In this document: piece after piece, positions 58,800 to 64,000 of the stretch | Layout: each line of letters begins with the position of its first letter | How positions within the stretch are numbered: the first letter of the stretch is position 1 | From: Candidatus Latescibacterota bacterium | Lineage (GTDB): Bacteria; Latescibacterota; UBA2968; UBA8231 | Length of the DNA: 64,000 nt | NCBI GenBank assembly: GCA_965197905.1 | Contig: CBDAOB010000005.1 | Span: forward strand, 1,728,001-1,792,000 | Reading direction: 5' to 3' | The notes under the pieces: generated by a model | Told to the model about the DNA's origin: nothing | The model's input: the letters and a program-made list of their open reading frames with translations, nothing else | Database searches by the model: none | Program-made: the position numbers and the translations under genes

Positions 58800-59694
58800 A
58801 GCTGAGGCCCGTTCGGTCTATAGGTAGTATCAGGGTGCGCGCGGTGATGCCCCAGTCGGCCCAAGCTTCAACCATCGCTGTCGCCACGGCATCGTCATTG
58901 GAAAGCACCAGACTGAGAATCGCCGGACCGGCTCCGCTGAGAACGGCCCCCAGCGCGCCCGCCGCAACGGCGGCCTCCATCACCTGCACCATCCCGGGCA
59001 CCAGCTCGGCACGGTACGGCTGGTGAAGACAATCTACCATGGCGCGTTGCAATAGCTCGACCCTACCGCTGGCGAGCGCCGCGGTCAACAGCCCGACGCG
59101 ACCCTGGTTCGCCACCGCGTCCTTGAAAGGCACCTGCTCGGGAAGCACCATCCGGGACTCTTCCGTCGGTAGGGTGAAGTTGGGGATCGCCACCACAGCG
59201 CGTAAATCATCCGGCGGTTCGAGACGCACGTGATCGATATGCTCGATGCCGGCGTTGATCACCGTAAATCCGCCATAGAGGGAAGGTACTATATTGTCAG
59301 CGTGTCCCTCCTCGACCGTTCCGAATCGAACGATCCGCTCGAGGTCCACCTCTTGTCCGCTAAGCAGCATGCCTGTGACCAAACCGACGAGACAGGCCGC
59401 TGCGCTGCTGCCGAGGCCAGCGGAAATCGGGATCTCGTTGTGAGATTCGATGAGCAAGCCCGCAGGTTCGTAGCCGACCACGTCGAACGACCGGCACATG
59501 GCGTGATAGACGTGGTTGCTGTCGTCAAGAGGTACTTCCGCCGCTCCTTCGCCGGTGGCGCGAATCTCAAGCGTATCGCCATCGTTCGTGCTGACTTTCA
59601 ACCGGTGATAGAGCTGCAGACCCAATCCGAGACAGTCGAATCCGGGCCCCAGGTTGGCCGAGGAAGCGGGTGCCGTTACGGTTGCGGCGGTCAT
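58780..59694 (-). CDS. thrB: Homoserine kinase
   Basis: PASSANLGPGFD, GLGSSAA, GHADN, LHQPYR and SGAGP. Confidence 0.96.
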   Translation of the reverse strand: MTAATVTAPASSANLGPGFDCLGLGLQLYHRLKVSTNDGDTLEIRATGEGAAEVPLDDSNHVYHAMCRSFDVVGYEPAGLLIESHNEIPISAGLGSSAAACLVGLVTGMLLSGQEVDLERIVRFGTVEEGHADNIVPSLYGGFTVINAGIEHIDHVRLEPPDDLRAVVAIPNFTLPTEESRMVLPEQVPFKDAVANQGRVGLLTAALASGRVELLQRAMVDCLHQPYRAELVPGMVQVMEAAVAAGALGAVLSGAGPAILSLVLSNDDAVATAMVEAWADWGITARTLILPIDRTGLSYELVDE

Positions 59695-60827
59695 GGGTTA
59701 TCGGCCTCCAGCATCTCGCTCACCTCGATCCCCATCGAATCAGCCAGAAGAAACCCGCGTCGCGTCAACCTCAGGCGCCGGTCTTGCAGCTCCAATAAAC
59801 CAGCATCGCGCATGTGACGGAACCGCCCGGCACTGTTCAGCCGTTCCGTCTGATCCGCCGTGAGGCTCACACCCTGGGTGGTCCGCAATCCCAACCACAG
59901 GAACTCCTGCTGAGAAGTCGTTGAATCTATGCACTCCTCACCTTCCCTTGCGGTCTGCCCCGCCTCGATCATCCCCACATACTCACGCAGCTCGCGAACA
60001 TTCCAATACCGCTGTCGACCATCAAAACTGTGCGACGAAACCCCCACACCCAGATATTGGCCGCCGGTCCAGTATCCCCAATTGTGTCGGGACCGATAGC
60101 CGGGCTTGGCGAAATTCGAAACCTCGTAGCGGCTGTAACCCGCCTTTTCAAGGTTGTCGACGCCATACTCCGTCGCCCAACAAGCCGCATCCTCGCCTGC
60201 TGGTTGCCAGCGCCCCTGTCGTTGCCGGCTGTGAAGCACCGTCCCCTCTTCCACCGTGAGACCGTAGACCGAGATATGCTCCGGAGCCAACTCGATAGCT
60301 ACCTCGATGCTTTGTTTCCAGTCATCTGGTGGCACGCTCGGCGCGCCGGAGATCAGGTCGATACTGACGTTTCCGAATCCTGCCCTACGGGCCTGCTCGA
60401 AGGCCGATACCGCGTCATCGCCGCTGTGGATTCGTCCCAGAATCTTCAGACTTCGGTCTGCGAAGGATTGCGCTCCGATGCTGAGTCGGTTGAAACCGAG
60501 TGATCGGATATCCTCGAAGCGGCTTGCGTCTCCTACACCCGGATTTGCTTCGAGACTGATCTCGGCGTGTTGACGGATGCCGAATCGTGTGTGCGCCACA
60601 TCTAGAATCGCTTCCAGATTCCGGGGTTCGACATGGCTGGGAGTGCCTCCGCCGAAGAATACCGTATCGAGCGAATTGTCTTCCCCCTTGAAGGGGACAC
60701 TCTCGAGCTCGCGCGAAACAGCCCGGCAGTAGCGCTCGTGCCATTGGTCATGTCCCACTACTGTGGCGAAGGCGCAATAGGGACACTGCTGCGGGCAAAA
60801 GGGAATATGAACGTAGAGGCCGAACAT
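59691..60827 (-). CDS. hemW: Radical SAM heme chaperone HemW
   Basis: LYVHIPFCPQQCPYCAF, GGGTPS, YEVSNFA and HNWGYW. Confidence 0.93.
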   Translation of the reverse strand: MFGLYVHIPFCPQQCPYCAFATVVGHDQWHERYCRAVSRELESVPFKGEDNSLDTVFFGGGTPSHVEPRNLEAILDVAHTRFGIRQHAEISLEANPGVGDASRFEDIRSLGFNRLSIGAQSFADRSLKILGRIHSGDDAVSAFEQARRAGFGNVSIDLISGAPSVPPDDWKQSIEVAIELAPEHISVYGLTVEEGTVLHSRQRQGRWQPAGEDAACWATEYGVDNLEKAGYSRYEVSNFAKPGYRSRHNWGYWTGGQYLGVGVSSHSFDGRQRYWNVRELREYVGMIEAGQTAREGEECIDSTTSQQEFLWLGLRTTQGVSLTADQTERLNSAGRFRHMRDAGLLELQDRRLRLTRRGFLLADSMGIEVSEMLEADNP

Positions 60828-61546
60828 CAGTTGACCCACTTCCCCACGCGTTCCCAGCGGATCCGATCAATGATGGAAGCGATGGCACCGAATCCTGAAT
60901 CGCTCCGTGCTCCGGCGACCTCGGGCGGCGGCTGGCAAGACCAGTAAATACACAAGGGTCGACCGAGAACCAGCTCCAAAGGCAACATCCCCCAATGCCG
61001 GCTGTCGCGACTGTTGTCGCGGTTGTCACCCATCACGAAAACGTACCCTTCCGGCACCGTGAGGGGACCGTTATTGTCCCGAGGATTCTCGAACCCACGA
61101 TAGACTCGGGCGTCCAGAAACTTCGAATAAGGCGGATCGGGCGCCCGTTGCCCATCGACCCACAGCGCCTTGTCGCGAATCTCAACGACCTGTCCGGCCA
61201 CCGCTACGCATCGCTTCACGTACCCCTTTCCGGGATCCAATGGGTAGCTGAAAAGCACAACATCACCTGCCGCCGGCGATGCCAGAGCGGGCAAGCGAAG
61301 ATCCACAAACGGCAGGGGAACGCCGAAGCTGATCTTGTCCACCAGCAAACAGTCCCCTGCGAGCAAGGTGTCCTCCATGGAGCGAGATGGGAGCCGATAC
61401 GCATGCAGCAGAAACGTTTTGACGAGAACCGCTACCGCGACTCCAACAAACAACAGTTTTAGGTACTCCCGCCAACAGCTCCCACCTGTCTTTTTTCGTT
61501 TGGATTTCGGGCTGCTCTTCGGATTTATGAACAGCGTCTTGCCCAC
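60827..61546 (-). CDS. lepB: Signal peptidase I
   Basis: PSRSMEDTL, YVKRC and MGDNRDNSRDSRHWG. Confidence 0.95.
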   Translation of the reverse strand: MGKTLFINPKSSPKSKRKKTGGSCWREYLKLLFVGVAVAVLVKTFLLHAYRLPSRSMEDTLLAGDCLLVDKISFGVPLPFVDLRLPALASPAAGDVVLFSYPLDPGKGYVKRCVAVAGQVVEIRDKALWVDGQRAPDPPYSKFLDARVYRGFENPRDNNGPLTVPEGYVFVMGDNRDNSRDSRHWGMLPLELVLGRPLCIYWSCQPPPEVAGARSDSGFGAIASIIDRIRWERVGKWVN

Positions 61547-61548
61547 GT

Positions 61549-63351
61549 TCAGGAATCCATCTGCAACGCTGCTAGAAAAGCCTCCTGGGGTATGTCGACC
61601 TTACCGAACTGCTTCATCCGCTTCTTTCCCTCCTTCTGCCGCTCGAGCAGCTTCCGCTTCCTGGTAACGTCACCTCCGTAACACTTGGCGATAACGTTTT
61701 TGCGAAACGGCCGGACCACCTCCCGTGCGATCACCTTACTCCCCAACGCTCCTTGAATAACCACCTCGAACATCTGCCGGGGTATCAGATCCTTCAACTT
61801 CAGACAGAACTGCCTCCCCCAATCCTGGGCCTTATCGCGGTGGATAATGGCAGAGAGAGCATCGAGAGGCTCGCCGTTAATGAGGATGTCCAGCTTTGAC
61901 AGGGCTCCGGCGCGCATCTCCTTGTGCTCGTAGTCGAAGGAGGCGTACCCTCGCGACGCCGACTTCACGCGGTCGTAGAAGTCGATGACAATCTCCGAAA
62001 GTGGGATCTCGTAGTGCAGAATCGCACGGCTGCCATCTAGATACTCGGTATTTAGATATTGACCACGGCGATCTTCGGCAATCTTCATGATCGCACCGAT
62101 GTGTTCGCTGGGAACCAGGATCTGAATGTCCAAAATCGGCTCGCGGATCTCGTCGGTCTCACCCGCCGATGGCAGGAGTGAAGGGTTTTCCACCTCAATG
62201 ACCGTCCCGTTCTTGAGCGCCACCTCGTAACGTACGTTCGGCAAGGTGGTGATGATCTCCACCTGATGTTCACGGTCTAACCGCTCCTGGATGATCTCCA
62301 TGTGCAGCAAGCCCAGAAAGCCGCACCTGAAGCCGAAACCGAGCGCCGGCGAGGTCTCGGGCTCATAGGAAAACGCCGCGTCGTTCAGGGACAGACGCGC
62401 CAAGGCGTCGCGCAATTCTTCGTACTGCTCCGGTCGTACCGGATAGATGCCGCTGAAAACCATTGACTTCAACGGCTGAAACCCAGGGAGGGCAACGCTC
62501 GTCGGCCGTTTTGCGTCCGCCACCGTGTCCCCGACCCGGGCTTCCGCTAACACCTTGACACCGGCGATGAGATAGCCCACTTCTCCGGTTTGCAGACTCT
62601 CCCGCGGTATGCGTTTCAGCAGTAGCGTTCCCACCTCCTCAACCTCGTACTCATGTCCTGTTGAAGAAAGGCGAATTTTCTGGCCCCGAGATATGCTGCC
62701 GTCCACCACGCGAATCAAACAGACCACTCCGCGGTACTGATCGTAAACCGAATCGAACATCAGAGCGCGCAGGGGCGCTTCTGCGTCACCGGAGGGAGGT
62801 GGAATCTTCTCCACGATGGCGTCCAGCACCGCTTCGATACCCACCCCGTCCTTGGCGCTGATTCTCAAGATCTCCTCTTGCTCACCACCCATCAGATCCC
62901 ATATCTGTTGCTGCACTTGCTCCGGTTGAGCCCCCGGAGAGTCGATCTTATTCAGCACGGGAATGATTGCCAGGTCGTTACCAACGGCCAGCAGCAGATT
63001 GCTCACGGTCTGCGCCTCCACACCTTGGCTGGCGTCGACGACCAATACGGCGCCCTCGCACGCCGCCATTGTTCGCGAAACCTCGTAGGCAAAGTCGACA
63101 TGCCCTGGAGTGTCTATGAGATTGAACTCGTAGAGCTCTCCATCGGCGGCTTTGAAGCTCATGCGTACCGCATGCGACTTTATGGTTATTCCCCTCTCCC
63201 GCTCCAGGTCCATGTTATCCAGCACCTGCGCTTTCATCTGGTTGGAGGAAAGGGTATGCGTCAGCTCCAACAGGCGGTCGGCAAGTGTGGATTTCCCGTG
63301 GTCGATATGGGCAATGATGCAGAAATTGCGAATCTGTGCGCTACGCATCAT
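61549..63351 (-). CDS. lepA: Elongation factor 4
   Basis: IRNFCIIAHIDHGKSTLADR and KCYGGDVTRKRKLLE. Confidence 0.98.
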   Translation of the reverse strand: MMRSAQIRNFCIIAHIDHGKSTLADRLLELTHTLSSNQMKAQVLDNMDLERERGITIKSHAVRMSFKAADGELYEFNLIDTPGHVDFAYEVSRTMAACEGAVLVVDASQGVEAQTVSNLLLAVGNDLAIIPVLNKIDSPGAQPEQVQQQIWDLMGGEQEEILRISAKDGVGIEAVLDAIVEKIPPPSGDAEAPLRALMFDSVYDQYRGVVCLIRVVDGSISRGQKIRLSSTGHEYEVEEVGTLLLKRIPRESLQTGEVGYLIAGVKVLAEARVGDTVADAKRPTSVALPGFQPLKSMVFSGIYPVRPEQYEELRDALARLSLNDAAFSYEPETSPALGFGFRCGFLGLLHMEIIQERLDREHQVEIITTLPNVRYEVALKNGTVIEVENPSLLPSAGETDEIREPILDIQILVPSEHIGAIMKIAEDRRGQYLNTEYLDGSRAILHYEIPLSEIVIDFYDRVKSASRGYASFDYEHKEMRAGALSKLDILINGEPLDALSAIIHRDKAQDWGRQFCLKLKDLIPRQMFEVVIQGALGSKVIAREVVRPFRKNVIAKCYGGDVTRKRKLLERQKEGKKRMKQFGKVDIPQEAFLAALQMDS

Positions 63352-63466
63352 TCGGAAAACGGCAATGGGGTTGGGGTGGAAAGGTCGGGAATGGGTGTTT
63401 TTTAAGGTACTTCCGTCAATTTTTAGTGTCAACCAGAGGGCCGGCAGGAGTAGGCTGCCGCCGCGC

Positions 63467-64000
63467 CTACGGCGAGGTTTCTGTGGCCTTCGACAGGATC
63501 CGCAGGTTTTCCAACGCCCGCCCATGAGTTGGTTCGATCTCTAAAGCCCGACGAGAGATTTCTACAGCCTGGTCGATTCTTCCCACGGCGGCATAGGCCG
63601 ACGCCAGATTGTCGTACAAACCCAGGTTGCGGGAATCCGCGCTCAAGGCCAGCTCGTACTGCTCGATCGCCTCGGAGATTCTGTCCGTATGACGATAAGC
63701 CGCGGCGAGCCGGCTGTGAATCCCGGGTGATCGGCTGGCCTTCAGCGCCGTTTCGAAGGCGGCGGCCGCCTCTACCCACGCTTCATTCCGGGCGCGAATC
63801 TTTCCCAGCTCGACCCAGAGTTCGCTCCGGTGAGGGAATTCAGCTGCAAGGGTTTGGTACACCGTGCCGGCATCGAGTCTGAGCGCCTTCAGCTCGATCG
63901 AACGCAAGCTGATTCGAGCTTCTTCGTAATTTGGATCGGCTGCTATCGCCTTGCGCAGGGTGAAAATGGCGTCATCGTCTTCCCCGATATCGGCCAACAG
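63467..64000 (-). CDS. TPR protein, C-terminal part (start outside window)
   Basis: Consecutive TPR motifs; the frame is open to the window edge. Confidence 0.8.
   Translation of the reverse strand: MLADIGEDDDAIFTLRKAIAADPNYEEARISLRSIELKALRLDAGTVYQTLAAEFPHRSELWVELGKIRARNEAWVEAAAAFETALKASRSPGIHSRLAAAYRHTDRISEAIEQYELALSADSRNLGLYDNLASAYAAVGRIDQAVEISRRALEIEPTHGRALENLRILSKATETSP

Noticed and set aside
58780..63351. lepA-lepB-hemW-thrB run
   Set aside because: Ordinary housekeeping synteny; nothing unusual seen.

Overview
GC-rich bacterial window. Its gene content (proteins with a C-terminal FlgD/T9SS-like sorting domain, a PorV-like barrel, CRTAC1/ASPIC-UnbV and TPR proteins, DUF6785-type membrane proteins, several PhyH dioxygenases) suggests a non-Bacteroidota FCB-group organism such as Ca. 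Latescibacterota. That taxonomy is inference only. 1-5250 is a decayed defence island at the 3' end of tRNA-Lys. It holds a frameshifted RelE/Gp49-like toxin with a perfect operator palindrome, an IS1595 remnant, and fragments of hsdM, an ATPase, DUF499 and DUF1156 genes. 5.8-36 kb holds catabolic and envelope genes, including a TPR/CRTAC1 cluster, a TonB receptor-surface protein-PorV triad, and a membrane gene with an in-frame TAG. 36.4-41.6 kb is the best candidate for an undescribed system: a translationally coupled operon (TPR-like protein, membrane-anchored beta-sandwich protein, about 5-TM MotA/TolQ/ExbB homologue, ExbD-like partner with Glu where Asp is expected) with no TonB/TolA or OmpA domain, converging on two long coiled-coil envelope proteins. 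48.4-55.5 kb is an integrase-less catabolic island between tRNA-Tyr and a duplicate of its 3' end, and that duplicate sits in a long hairpin or tRNA-like element. The rest is housekeeping (argG, mdh, ald, thrB, hemW, lepB, lepA, wza/wzz-like). No rRNA or CRISPR array was seen. All family calls come from motif recognition by eye; no database searches were run.
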